Source: Candidatus Woesearchaeota archaeon
Lineage (GTDB): Archaea; Nanobdellota; Nanobdellia; Woesearchaeales; GW2011-AR9
Assembly (NCBI GenBank): GCA_018696595.1
Contig: JABHQW010000004.1
Location: forward strand, 1 to 52,255
DNA length: 52,255 bases
Direction: 5' to 3'
Shown here: piece after piece, positions 18,130 to 27,605 of the stretch
Layout of the letters: each line of letters starts with the position of its first letter
Numbering within the stretch: position 1 is the stretch's first letter
Made by a program: the position numbers and the translations under genes
Notes under the pieces: model-generated
Databases searched by the model: none
The model's input: only the letters and a program-made list of their open reading frames with translations
What the model was told of the DNA's origin: nothing

Positions 18130-18263
18130 AGAATGTTGGGAGCAGAGGTTGTATTTATTGTTTTTGTTTTATTTGGCTATGTCCTGGACAATAGTGTTTT
18201 ATTTAACCCCTCTACCCTAGAAATATATATAAAGCAAAACAAAAAACTAATTCGCTGGGTGAT

Positions 18264-19685
18264 ATGATGAAAAAAGGCTTAACATATTCTAACGTTTTAC
18301 TTGTACCTAAAAAAACCCCACTGAGTTCTAGAAGCGAAGCATGTGTTAAAACCAAATTCACAAAAAATATTGAATTAAACGTTCCTTTAGTAAGTGCCAA
18401 TATGGTTACTGTTACCGAACATGACATGGCTATCGCTATGGCCAGAAGAGGTGGCCTCGGAGTGATTCATCAATTTGGAACAATTGAAGAACAAGCAGAA
18501 GAAGTTAGAAAAGTAAAAAGGAGTACAAGTTATATTATCGAAGATCCAATTTCTATCCAAAGTAACGCCACTATGGAAGACGCTGTAAATCTGATGCAAG
18601 AAAAAAGTGTAACTAGTATTTTAGTCAAAGATCGAGATCAATTAGTAGGGATTTTTACAAAAAGGGATTACTTGTTTGAAAACGATTTGAGGAAACCAAT
18701 TAATTTAGTTATGACTCCAAAAGAAAGGTTAATCACGGCAGAATATGGAATTGATCTAAATGAAGCTAAAAAAATTCTTCATCAACATAGAATTGAAAAA
18801 CTCCCCCTAATGTCAGACGGAAAAGTTAGAGGCCTAGTAACTACTAAAGATATTAGCCGTTTAGAAAAATGGTCCCAAGCATGCAGAGATAAGAGAGGCA
18901 GATTAAGAGTTGCCGCTGCTATTGGTGTTAGAGATACAATAGAAAGAGCAAGAGTGTTGATTGATGCAGGGGTAGATCTTTTAGTTTTAGATGTAGCACA
19001 TGCCCATTCAGATTTTGTAATTGAAAAATTAAAAGAATTAAAAGCAACTTTCCCAATTGATGTAATGGTGGGAAATATTGGCACCGCAGAAGCCGCTAAA
19101 GATTTAATTGAAGCTGGCGCAGATGGATTAAAAGTAGGAATTGGCCCTTCAAAGGTTTGTAGTACAAGAATTGTTTCTGGAGCAGGCATGCCGCAATTAA
19201 CTGCGGTAATGAATGTTGTTTCTGTTGCTAAACAATATGGAATTCCTGTGACTGCTGATGGTGGCATGAAATATCCAGGAGATGTTTCCAAAGCAATTGC
19301 CGCCGGCGCTTCAAGTATTTATTCTGGAAGTTTCTTCGCTGGAACTGATGAAGCCCCAGGCATGATCATTATGAAAGATGGAAAACGTTATAAGAAATAT
19401 CATGGCAGTGCATCTTATGAAAGTAATCACGCTAGACAAGAAACCCAACATAAAAAGCAGTTCAAGAAACGGTTAGATTTGTTTGTTGAAGGTGTTTCTA
19501 ATTTAGTGGATTATAAAGGCCCAGTAAGTGAAGTAATTAAGTATTTAGTTAAAGGTTTGAGAAGCGGGATTAGTTATTGCGGTGCAAGAAATATTGCCGA
19601 GATGCATACAAAAGCCGAGTTTATTGAAATTACTTCTGAAAGTTGGCGAGAAAGCACTACAAGAGGAATGAAAGTTTCCGAGTAA
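18264..19685 (+). CDS. IMPDH/GMP reductase family oxidoreductase with CBS pair (motifs favour GMP reductase)
   Basis: LVSANMVTVTE, CBS pair, GIGPSKVCSTR catalytic loop, ADGG, YHGSAS flap, EGV. Confidence 0.9.
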   Translation: MMKKGLTYSNVLLVPKKTPLSSRSEACVKTKFTKNIELNVPLVSANMVTVTEHDMAIAMARRGGLGVIHQFGTIEEQAEEVRKVKRSTSYIIEDPISIQSNATMEDAVNLMQEKSVTSILVKDRDQLVGIFTKRDYLFENDLRKPINLVMTPKERLITAEYGIDLNEAKKILHQHRIEKLPLMSDGKVRGLVTTKDISRLEKWSQACRDKRGRLRVAAAIGVRDTIERARVLIDAGVDLLVLDVAHAHSDFVIEKLKELKATFPIDVMVGNIGTAEAAKDLIEAGADGLKVGIGPSKVCSTRIVSGAGMPQLTAVMNVVSVAKQYGIPVTADGGMKYPGDVSKAIAAGASSIYSGSFFAGTDEAPGMIIMKDGKRYKKYHGSASYESNHARQETQHKKQFKKRLDLFVEGVSNLVDYKGPVSEVIKYLVKGLRSGISYCGARNIAEMHTKAEFIEITSESWRESTTRGMKVSE

Positions 19686-19690
19686 ATGAC

Positions 19691-19821
19691 TTTTGAGAGC
19701 AGCGCCAAGATTATGAGCGTTTTATCAGAGAAAATATTAGTCTGCGGTGGGGGGTGCCCCATCCAGGGAGGACCGCAATCATAAAAACCATAGAAGAAGC
19801 GAACTGGCTTTGCTCTCAAAA
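19691..19821 (+). ncRNA. Candidate structured RNA / palindromic element (family member C)
   Basis: Same TTTTGAGAGC/GCTCTCAAAA termini and GCGCCAA as 14486; internal TTATGA/TCATAA and TGCGGT/ACCGCA stems. Confidence 0.55.
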
Positions 19822-19865
19822 TATACAATTAAGTTTTTAAATAACCTCATTCTCATAAACCTAAA

Positions 19866-22316
19866 ATGGAATTACCTAAACGATATGATCCAAAAGAAGC
19901 CGAACCAAGGCTACAGCAGTTCTGGGAAGAGAATAAAACTTACGCGTTCAACGCAGAAGATACAGAAAGAAAAATATTCTCAATTGATACCCCGCCACCA
20001 ACAGTTTCCGGGAAAATGCATATGGGTCACGCATTTAGTAATTCTCAACAAGATTTTATTGCCAGATACAAAAGAATGCAAAACTTTAACGTCCTACAAC
20101 CATTAGGAACAGATGATAATGGTTTACCTACCATGCTTCTAATTCAGAAATTGAAAAAAGTTCGTGCCAACATGATGGACAGAAAAGAGTTCAGAAAATT
20201 AGTATTAGATGTTCTTGAAAATGAACTTAAACCGAGTTATATTAATGATTGGAAAAAACTAGGTATCAGTTGTGATTATAATGTTAAGTATTCAACAATT
20301 GACCCTCACGCTCAAAAAATTTCACAAAAATCTTTCATCGATTTGTATAAAGCAGGCCGAGAATACAGAACAAAAGCACCAGCCATGCATTGTCCAAAAT
20401 GTCAAACTGCAATTTCTCAAGTTGAATGTGAAGATTTAGAAGTTTCTTCTCATTTTAATGATATCATTTTCAAAGCAGAGGGTGAAGATTTAACTGTTGC
20501 CACAACAAGACCAGAATTATTACCTGCTTGTGTTGCTGTATTTTACCACCCTGAAGATAAACGTTACCAACATTTGAAAGGTAAGAAAGCCAAAGTCCCG
20601 TTATTTGATTTAGAAGTTCCAATTATGGAAGATGAACGTGCAGACCCAGAAAAAGGAACGGGATTAGTAATGTGTTGTACTTTTGGCGACCAAACAGACA
20701 TGGAATGGCAAAAAGCTCATCAGTTACCAATTAGGGAAGCTATTGGTAAAGATGGGAAAATGACAGAACTTGCTGATAAATATCAAGATTTGAAAATTTT
20801 AGATGCGCGTAAAGAAATTATTGAAGATTTGAAAAGTAATAATTTGTTAACTAAACAAGAACCAATTACTCATGCGGTAAATGTTCACGAGAGATGTGGA
20901 ACACCGATTGAGTTCATTAATTCCAAACAATGGTTCATCAAATATTTAGATTTAAAAGAAGATATGGCTAAATGGGGAGAAGAGTTTACTTGGTATCCTA
21001 AACATATGAAAAACCGTTATGATAATTGGGTTAAAGGTTTAGCCTGGGATTGGTGTATTTCAAGACAAATACCTTACGGAATTCCCTTTCCAGTATGGTA
21101 TTGTCAAGATTGTGATGAAACAATTCTCGCTAGGGAAGAAGATTTGCCTGTTGACCCGTTAGAAGATAAAGCCCCAGTTGATGCTTGTCCAAAATGTGGT
21201 AGTAAGGAAATAATTCCAGAAACAGATATTATTAACACTTGGGCAACATCCTCATTAACACCAACAATCGTCAAAGAATTGTTTAAAGGCAAACCAGTTT
21301 ATGAACAATTAGTTAATAATCCTGAAGATATGCGACCACAAGCGCACGATATTATTTCATTTTGGTTATTTAATACAGTTGTAAAAAGCCAGTTACATTT
21401 TAAGATGGCACCTTGGAAAAATGCTTTTATTTCTGGTTGGATGTTAGATCCGAAAGGGAAGAAAATGTCTAAGTCTAAAGGTAATGTTATTGAACCGAGA
21501 GCTATGATTGAAAAATATTCAGCGGACGCTCTTAGATTTATGTCTGCTGGTTGTAAATTAGGAGACGACTTCCCATTCCAAGAAAAAGATTTGCTTACAG
21601 GTAATAAGTTTGTTAACAAGATCTGGAATGCCTCTAAGTTTGGGATTATGCATTTAGAGGATTATCAACCTTATGGGAAAGTTGAGAAGTTAGAAGTTTT
21701 TGATAAATGGTTATTAAGTAAATTGCATAAAGTTATTAAAATAAGTGCCGAAAGTTTTGACAAGTTTGAATATAGTAAAAGTAAATCTGAGGTTGAGAAA
21801 TTTTTCTGGCAAATATTCTGTGACCAATATTTAGAGATTGTTAAAGACAGATTATATAATCCTGATGTTCGAGGATCTTTAGAAAGAACAAGTGGCCAGT
21901 TAGGAGTTTTTGAAGCAATCAATTCGGTTTTGAAAATGATGAGCCCAATCACCCCACATATTACTGAAGAAATTTACCGATTATATTTTGCTGAGAAAGA
22001 AAATGAAAAAAGCGTTCATACTTCCACTTGGCCCAAGTTTGATTCTTCATTAATTGATGAACAAGCAGAGTTAGCTGGTGATTTAGGAGTAGACATTATT
22101 AACGCTGTACGTAAATATAAATCTGAGAAACAAATGTCGTTAAAAGAAGAGTTAGCAGGATTGGTTTTAGTTAGTTCTGAAGAGAACTTTGAAGAGATGA
22201 TAAATTCAATTTCTGAAGATCTAAAAGCAGTACTTAAGGTCAAAGAAATTAAGTTTTCTGGCGAAACTTCGTTGGAAAGTGAGAAATTTGCTGTAAAAGT
22301 AGGAATTTCAGCTTAA
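19866..22316 (+). CDS. valS: Valyl-tRNA synthetase
   Basis: DTPPPTVSGKMHMGH, TTRPEL, WCISRQ, KMSKS. Confidence 0.97.
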   Translation: MELPKRYDPKEAEPRLQQFWEENKTYAFNAEDTERKIFSIDTPPPTVSGKMHMGHAFSNSQQDFIARYKRMQNFNVLQPLGTDDNGLPTMLLIQKLKKVRANMMDRKEFRKLVLDVLENELKPSYINDWKKLGISCDYNVKYSTIDPHAQKISQKSFIDLYKAGREYRTKAPAMHCPKCQTAISQVECEDLEVSSHFNDIIFKAEGEDLTVATTRPELLPACVAVFYHPEDKRYQHLKGKKAKVPLFDLEVPIMEDERADPEKGTGLVMCCTFGDQTDMEWQKAHQLPIREAIGKDGKMTELADKYQDLKILDARKEIIEDLKSNNLLTKQEPITHAVNVHERCGTPIEFINSKQWFIKYLDLKEDMAKWGEEFTWYPKHMKNRYDNWVKGLAWDWCISRQIPYGIPFPVWYCQDCDETILAREEDLPVDPLEDKAPVDACPKCGSKEIIPETDIINTWATSSLTPTIVKELFKGKPVYEQLVNNPEDMRPQAHDIISFWLFNTVVKSQLHFKMAPWKNAFISGWMLDPKGKKMSKSKGNVIEPRAMIEKYSADALRFMSAGCKLGDDFPFQEKDLLTGNKFVNKIWNASKFGIMHLEDYQPYGKVEKLEVFDKWLLSKLHKVIKISAESFDKFEYSKSKSEVEKFFWQIFCDQYLEIVKDRLYNPDVRGSLERTSGQLGVFEAINSVLKMMSPITPHITEEIYRLYFAEKENEKSVHTSTWPKFDSSLIDEQAELAGDLGVDIINAVRKYKSEKQMSLKEELAGLVLVSSEENFEEMINSISEDLKAVLKVKEIKFSGETSLESEKFAVKVGISA

Positions 22317-22418
22317 AATAGCGAAAGGTTTTTAACTAACAATAAAATAATAAGCTTAAGAGGGGCGTAGAGAATTAACGTTCTAACTATTAATAACAAA
22401 CAGTGAGGTGTTTAAAAA

Positions 22419-22577
22419 ATGGAAGCATATTGTGTTAAATGTAAAGCAAAACAAGAGATGAAAGATGGTAAAGAAGTTGCTATGAAAGGAAAAGGCGGCA
22501 CTCAAAGAAGAGCTATGAAAGGCGTTTGTCCTAAGTGTTCAACAACCATGTTCAGAATTTTACCTAAAAAAGATTAA
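22419..22577 (+). CDS. Small zinc-ribbon protein (DUF5679-like)
   Basis: MEAYCVKCKAKQEMKDGKEVAMKGKGGTQRRAMKGVCPKCSTTMFRILPKKD; GAGGTG RBS; two CxxC; not in the ORF track. Confidence 0.85.
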   Translation: MEAYCVKCKAKQEMKDGKEVAMKGKGGTQRRAMKGVCPKCSTTMFRILPKKD

Positions 22578-22603
22578 TTTCTTTCTTTTTTTCTCTTTTT
22601 ATT

Positions 22604-23173
22604 ATGATCTCAACTTATCTATTTGATTTGGACGATACTTTAATTGATACTTCTATTTATCGTGAAATTTATTCTGAAGTTCTTTCTAAGATTAAAGAGA
22701 AAACTGATGTTGACATTGATTCTTTAGGTTTGAAGAAGAATAAATATGGCAATTATGATTCTGGTGAACTTTGTCGTTCGTTAGGGTTGCTTGATTTATA
22801 TTATTCAGTTTTAGAATCGCAGATTGAAGTAAAAGAAGTTTTGCATGATTCTGTTTTAGAATTATTTTCTTTGTTAAGAAAAAAAGGAAAGAAGATTGGC
22901 ATTGTTTCTAATTCTATGTTAAGAACAATTAAAGCTTATGTTGATAAGTATGGATTAGAAGTTGATTTTATTTTTAGTTCTGATTTGACTGGTTGTAATA
23001 AAGATTCTCCTGAGTATTGGAAGAAACTAATTGCTGCTGAGAAACTTGAACCTTCTTCATGTTTAGTTATCGGTGATGATAATGAGGAAGATGTAGAAGT
23101 TCCTGGTAAGTTGGGTTTTCAGACTTTCTATTTGGATAGTGTGGGAAAGTTGGGAGAAATATTAGTGCTCTAA
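22604..23173 (+). CDS. HAD-superfamily hydrolase
   Basis: FDLDDTL motif I, VSNS motif II, IGDDNEED motif IV. Confidence 0.9.
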   Translation: MISTYLFDLDDTLIDTSIYREIYSEVLSKIKEKTDVDIDSLGLKKNKYGNYDSGELCRSLGLLDLYYSVLESQIEVKEVLHDSVLELFSLLRKKGKKIGIVSNSMLRTIKAYVDKYGLEVDFIFSSDLTGCNKDSPEYWKKLIAAEKLEPSSCLVIGDDNEEDVEVPGKLGFQTFYLDSVGKLGEILVL

Positions 23174-24106
23174 TCCCATCCTAAAGTCAGTTAAGTCTAA
23201 GATAATTTCTAAGACTTGTTTCATGTTATTGATGTTAATTAATTCAGCAGAAGGAATCTTTTTGATGTGTTTGTTAATCAACATCTTAACTGCGTCCCGA
23301 TTCTTACTTAATTCATTAACTTTCTTAAAATCAAATTCATAGAAGAAATCATAGTATAACAAAATAGAATTATTAATCCTCAAGAGAACTTCAAAAGAAT
23401 TTTTGTTAAATTCCTTGTTATACCTTAAAGCATCCCTTGCATTGTATTTAATTATGTCCACAACCTTATCAATAGAAGCAATAATATGACAATAGAAGCT
23501 TGTTTTTTTTACATCAGGATAACCATATTTATTCAACAGTCTTAAAGAATAACTAACAAACTTGTTTATGTTATCGTGCCTCTCTTCAACCGAGGTTAAA
23601 AGATTACGATCATTGTTATGAATGCCATCTAAGTATGTTTTAGAAACCTCTTTTAGTAATAAAAATGCTCTTCTTAATACTATCCGAAAATCCTCCTCGG
23701 CTTCTTTTGTAATATATCTAACAATGACCTTATTTTCACTTTGTTCAATCACTTCAGCACCAATACATCGATTGACCATTTTATGAATAGCAGAAGAAAA
23801 AGTTACTTCTTGATTTGTCCTATAATGGAATGTTATGGGGTTCTTAAACCTAAATTCCATTTCATTAAAACCAAAACGGTATAAACTTTGCACATACAAC
23901 ATTGTTGAAGTTCGATCTAATTCTGAGATGTCAACAGAAATCCTATCTAACTTAACAGATTCTTTTGTGCTAAGAATAATTTTACTTCCTTCTTCTTCTA
24001 CGAATAAAGAGTCTCCTTTCTTCAATTTTCTTTCATTTAACCATTTCTTAGGTATTGAAAGTGTTAAACTACTTGGACCATGTTGAATTAGTTTTCTTTG
24101 TTCCAT
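23162..24106 (-). CDS. AbrB/MazE-type DNA-binding domain fused to PhoU-like domain (phosphate-uptake regulator family)
   Basis: RKLIQHGPSSLTLSIPKKW N-terminus; PhoU-like helical C-terminus. Confidence 0.85.
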   Translation of the reverse strand: MEQRKLIQHGPSSLTLSIPKKWLNERKLKKGDSLFVEEEGSKIILSTKESVKLDRISVDISELDRTSTMLYVQSLYRFGFNEMEFRFKNPITFHYRTNQEVTFSSAIHKMVNRCIGAEVIEQSENKVIVRYITKEAEEDFRIVLRRAFLLLKEVSKTYLDGIHNNDRNLLTSVEERHDNINKFVSYSLRLLNKYGYPDVKKTSFYCHIIASIDKVVDIIKYNARDALRYNKEFNKNSFEVLLRINNSILLYYDFFYEFDFKKVNELSKNRDAVKMLINKHIKKIPSAELININNMKQVLEIILDLTDFRMGLEH

Positions 24107-24210
24107 AAAAGCTGAATGTTCTATTCTTTTTTAAAGTTTTTGGACAAATATACACTATGTACATTATGTTGACGTTAGGTATACATATCACTGTTATTAT
24201 TACTACTATT

Positions 24211-24327
24211 ATGAAACAGAATTGCGAACATTGTGAGTATGTCTGGACGTCTAGGGTTGAGGAACCTAAAGCTTGTCCAAGGTGCAAACGCAGATTTGAC
24301 TATGGTGGTTGGTGTTTGGAGAAATAA
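24211..24327 (+). CDS. Small zinc-finger protein (38 aa)
   Basis: MKQNCEHCEYVWTSRVEEPKACPRCKRRFDYGGWCLEK; CxxC...CPRC; stop 2 bp before the next ATG; not in the ORF track. Confidence 0.7.
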   Translation: MKQNCEHCEYVWTSRVEEPKACPRCKRRFDYGGWCLEK

Positions 24328-24329
24328 AA

Positions 24330-25175
24330 ATGATTGAATTAAATAAAATATATGAATGTCTTAACAAAAATAGTGAACTCGTTGAAGCTGCAAGAGAAAC
24401 CACCATTTTTGGACCAACATTTCCAAAGGATACAGATTTGGGAGAAGAAAGTGTCACTTTCAGAGATCGCAATAACACATATCGATCAACATGTGCAAAT
24501 CATAGACAAAGAATGCATTTTGGTGAAACAAGTGCATTAACTCAAATGGTTGCGAGAAATGAACAGGCATGTTTTGAAATTGGAGCAGACATATTACAAT
24601 TAGCTTATGGAGGAATCTTAGAATATGTAGGCTTAGATGAACTACAAAATTTACATACTTGGCAAATTAACACTGCCTTTGGAGAGTTAGTCCCACCTGA
24701 AAAAGCAGTTCAAGTATATGCAAGTTTGCCAAAAGATCCAAGAGCAATAATTGGAAAAGTCAACCAAGAAGCAGTAGATAAACATGTAAAAAAAGCAATA
24801 GAAACATCTGAATTAAGACCTGTTTATCACAATTTGCTGGGCAATGTTGATTATTTTGAAAAATTAGATGGCATATGGGCAAGCGAAAATGGAAATGCCA
24901 CGATAGATAAATTGTCTAACGCAGGGATTCTGTTTGTAAATGGTTATTCTGATGAAGATGGTGGCAATTATTATGCAAGGTCAAAGAGTTTCTTAAGATT
25001 GCTCCCTGAAGATGAAAAAGAAAGAGATGATTGGCAAGTTAGAGAAAGAATGAAGGGAAAACGACAAGAAACAATCTGTAGGCTAGCATTAGAAGTTGGA
25101 GCAAGAGACCCAGAAAAGGACAAAGATTTGATAAGAATAGACCAATATATCTTAAAAAATCTATTAAGAAAATAA
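24330..25175 (+). CDS. Hypothetical protein
   Basis: ORF; start moved to ATG 24330 (MIELNK), coupled to the zinc-finger gene. Confidence 0.75.
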   Translation: MIELNKIYECLNKNSELVEAARETTIFGPTFPKDTDLGEESVTFRDRNNTYRSTCANHRQRMHFGETSALTQMVARNEQACFEIGADILQLAYGGILEYVGLDELQNLHTWQINTAFGELVPPEKAVQVYASLPKDPRAIIGKVNQEAVDKHVKKAIETSELRPVYHNLLGNVDYFEKLDGIWASENGNATIDKLSNAGILFVNGYSDEDGGNYYARSKSFLRLLPEDEKERDDWQVRERMKGKRQETICRLALEVGARDPEKDKDLIRIDQYILKNLLRK

Positions 25176-25207
25176 ATTTTTTAACTTTCTTTTTTTATTT
25201 TTTTTAA

Positions 25208-26584
25208 TTACTCTTTCTTCAGTTCATACCCGTCTTTACTATCGCCAACAGAATAACCAAACTTAGCAATCTTATCCCTTAAGTCATCAGATTTCTTCCA
25301 GTCCTTAGCTAATCTAGCTTGTAATCGTTCTTCAGCCAACTTAACAACTTCTTTAGGAATTTTCTCCTTTTTCAAATCTTTAAAACCAAGACCAAGAACT
25401 TTATCAAACTCTAATAAAGTAGCATACTTTTGATCATTCTTAACAGAACCATCTTTAAGTAATTCCCAAACCAAAGCTAATCCTTTAGCAGTATTCATAT
25501 CATCGTTTACTTCTTTAGTAAAAGTAGCTAAATAATTTTTATTTGCAGAAACCTTCTTGCCAGTCTTAATTTCTAAAACTTGATCAAACAATCGTTTCAA
25601 AGAAGTTTTTGCAGAATCTAATGCTTCAAAGCTAAACATTAAAGGATTTCTGTAACTGGTTCCTAAACAGAAATATCTGTAATCTAAAGGAGAATATCCT
25701 TTCTCTTCTAACTTAGATAAAGTTAAGAAATTTTCTCCAGACTTAGCCATCTTTTCTCCTTTACTTAAAACTAAGAATTCGTTATGCATCCAATATTTAA
25801 CCCAGGGCTTTTTTCCAATAGCTGCTTCAGACTGAGCAATCTCATTAGTATGATGTACAGGGATATGGTCAATTCCGCCACAATGAATATCAATCTTTTC
25901 GCCAAGAAATTTCATTGACATCGCTGAACATTCAATGTGCCAACCAGGATAACCGGTTCCGAAAGGAGATTTCCATTTCATCCCTTGATCTTGAAACTTG
26001 GATTTGGTAAACCATAATACAAAATCATGCGGATTTTTTTTATTAGGATCTTTATCAACTCTAGCTTTTCCTTCAACAGTTAAATCTAATCTAGATAATT
26101 TGCCATAATCATCAAGTTTAGAAGTGTCAAAGTAAACATTTCCACCAGCTTGATAAGTAAAACCTTTCTTCTCAAGTTTTTCAATAAAATTAATTTGATC
26201 TGTAATATGATCTGTTGCCCTAGGAAAGAAAGTTGGTTTTAAGATATTTAGTTTTTTAATGTCTCTCTTAAAAGAATCAATGTAAAACTCAGCAACTTCC
26301 CAAACGGTTTTCTTTTCCCGTTTGGCACCTTTAAGCATCTTATCTTCGCCTTGATCAGAATCAGAAGTTAAATGCCCTACGTCAGTAATGTTCATTACAT
26401 GTTTAACTTTGAAATTGTTAAACAAAAGTACTCTTTTAAGAAAATCGTAAAACATAAACCCTCTTAAGTTTCCAATGTGAGCGAAATTATAAACAGTTGG
26501 TCCACAAGTGTAAAGACTAACTTCTGTTTTCTTAATAGGTTTAAACGTTTCTTTCTTTCTTGTTAATGTATTGTAAAATTTCAT
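25208..26584 (-). CDS. cysS: Cysteinyl-tRNA synthetase
   Basis: YTCGPTVY, HIGN, GWHIECSAM, HHTNE, KMAKS. Confidence 0.97.
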   Translation of the reverse strand: MKFYNTLTRKKETFKPIKKTEVSLYTCGPTVYNFAHIGNLRGFMFYDFLKRVLLFNNFKVKHVMNITDVGHLTSDSDQGEDKMLKGAKREKKTVWEVAEFYIDSFKRDIKKLNILKPTFFPRATDHITDQINFIEKLEKKGFTYQAGGNVYFDTSKLDDYGKLSRLDLTVEGKARVDKDPNKKNPHDFVLWFTKSKFQDQGMKWKSPFGTGYPGWHIECSAMSMKFLGEKIDIHCGGIDHIPVHHTNEIAQSEAAIGKKPWVKYWMHNEFLVLSKGEKMAKSGENFLTLSKLEEKGYSPLDYRYFCLGTSYRNPLMFSFEALDSAKTSLKRLFDQVLEIKTGKKVSANKNYLATFTKEVNDDMNTAKGLALVWELLKDGSVKNDQKYATLLEFDKVLGLGFKDLKKEKIPKEVVKLAEERLQARLAKDWKKSDDLRDKIAKFGYSVGDSKDGYELKKE

Positions 26585-26895
26585 TCTAACTTCACAGCTG
26601 TTCCGTAAGCCAACACTTCAGCAGCTTGTGGCATCACGCTAGATGTAGAAAATCTGACCATGAGAATCGCATCCGCACCTAATTTCTCTGCTTCTGCAGT
26701 CATTCTTGCTAAAGCTTCATCCCTAGCTTTAGAGATCATATCTGTGTAAGATTTAATTTCTCCACCAACAATTGTTTTCAAGCCCGCCATAATGTCTCGG
26801 CCAACATGTCTTGATTGAATAGTGTTTCCTCGGACTACGCCAAGAGTTTCTTTAACATTCTTATTTGGTATGTTTTCAGTTGTTGTAATAATCAT
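26581..26895 (-). CDS. YbjQ/UPF0145 family protein
   Basis: MIITTTENIP, GLKTIVGGEIKSYT, AEVLAYGTAV. Confidence 0.92.
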   Translation of the reverse strand: MIITTTENIPNKNVKETLGVVRGNTIQSRHVGRDIMAGLKTIVGGEIKSYTDMISKARDEALARMTAEAEKLGADAILMVRFSTSSVMPQAAEVLAYGTAVKLE

Positions 26896-26896
26896 T

Positions 26897-27511
26897 TTAT
26901 GATTCAAGTACCTCAGCTTTATTTAAACTTTCTTTCATTATTTTGTCTAATTCTAATTTTTCTAATTGAGCAGCAATTTTTTCAGGGTTGGACTTTGTAC
27001 TTGGACTTTTTGGCCCCAATAAACAGCAGATCTCTGGTCCTTTAGATGTTTCATAGGTGCCAATCTTCTTCGCCAGATTAATTATTTCTTGTTTATCAAA
27101 TGTGAGAACAGGCCTAAATATTTCTAATTTCAAATTTTTTGTAATAACATTAAGATTACTTAATGTCTGTGAAGAAACTTGTGCTAGATTCTCACCAGTG
27201 ATTAAATATTTCGCTTTTTCTTTCTCTGCGATCAATTCAGCAGTTTTAAACATTAAAATTTTGCTGAGAATAAAATAATCTTTGTGATTACATTTTGTTG
27301 TTAAATCTTTAAGAACTTCGGCGAAAGGAATCAAGTAAACTTTCTTTAACTTAAGTTTCTTAACCAATTCTTTAACTTTATCAATCTCTTCTTCCCCCGT
27401 TAGGGGAACTTGATGAAAATGTACAGCAATAATATCTAGACGATTCTGCATTAAATGTATCGCTACTGGAGAATCTATCCCTCCTGAGAGTAGAGCTATT
27501 GCCTTTTCCAT
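26897..27511 (-). CDS. ThiI-like PP-loop sulfurtransferase, catalytic domain only
   Basis: LLSGGIDSPVA, TGENLAQVSSQTL, EICC; 204 aa with no NFLD/THUMP region. Confidence 0.85.
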   Translation of the reverse strand: MEKAIALLSGGIDSPVAIHLMQNRLDIIAVHFHQVPLTGEEEIDKVKELVKKLKLKKVYLIPFAEVLKDLTTKCNHKDYFILSKILMFKTAELIAEKEKAKYLITGENLAQVSSQTLSNLNVITKNLKLEIFRPVLTFDKQEIINLAKKIGTYETSKGPEICCLLGPKSPSTKSNPEKIAAQLEKLELDKIMKESLNKAEVLES

Positions 27512-27605
27512 GGGAAGAAGGTATTTGTTTGGTTTTATAAGATTTTTGGGTCTATCCTAAAATAAATTAGTAAACTTTATATTATTAAGGATAGTATTAG
27601 GGATT

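Noticed and set aside
14486-19821. T-box riboswitch interpretation of the elements upstream of glyS and valS
   Set aside because: No AGGGUGGNACCGCG antiterminator, GA motif or terminator in the gene-sense orientation; the TGGC blocks would not pair with an A73 discriminator; promoter-like TATA boxes lie between the elements and the genes
19574-20106. ORFs 19574-19828(-) and 19747-20106(+) over the guaB-valS spacer
   Set aside because: They overlap real genes, have no motifs, and stay open because the stem-loop element is GC-rich
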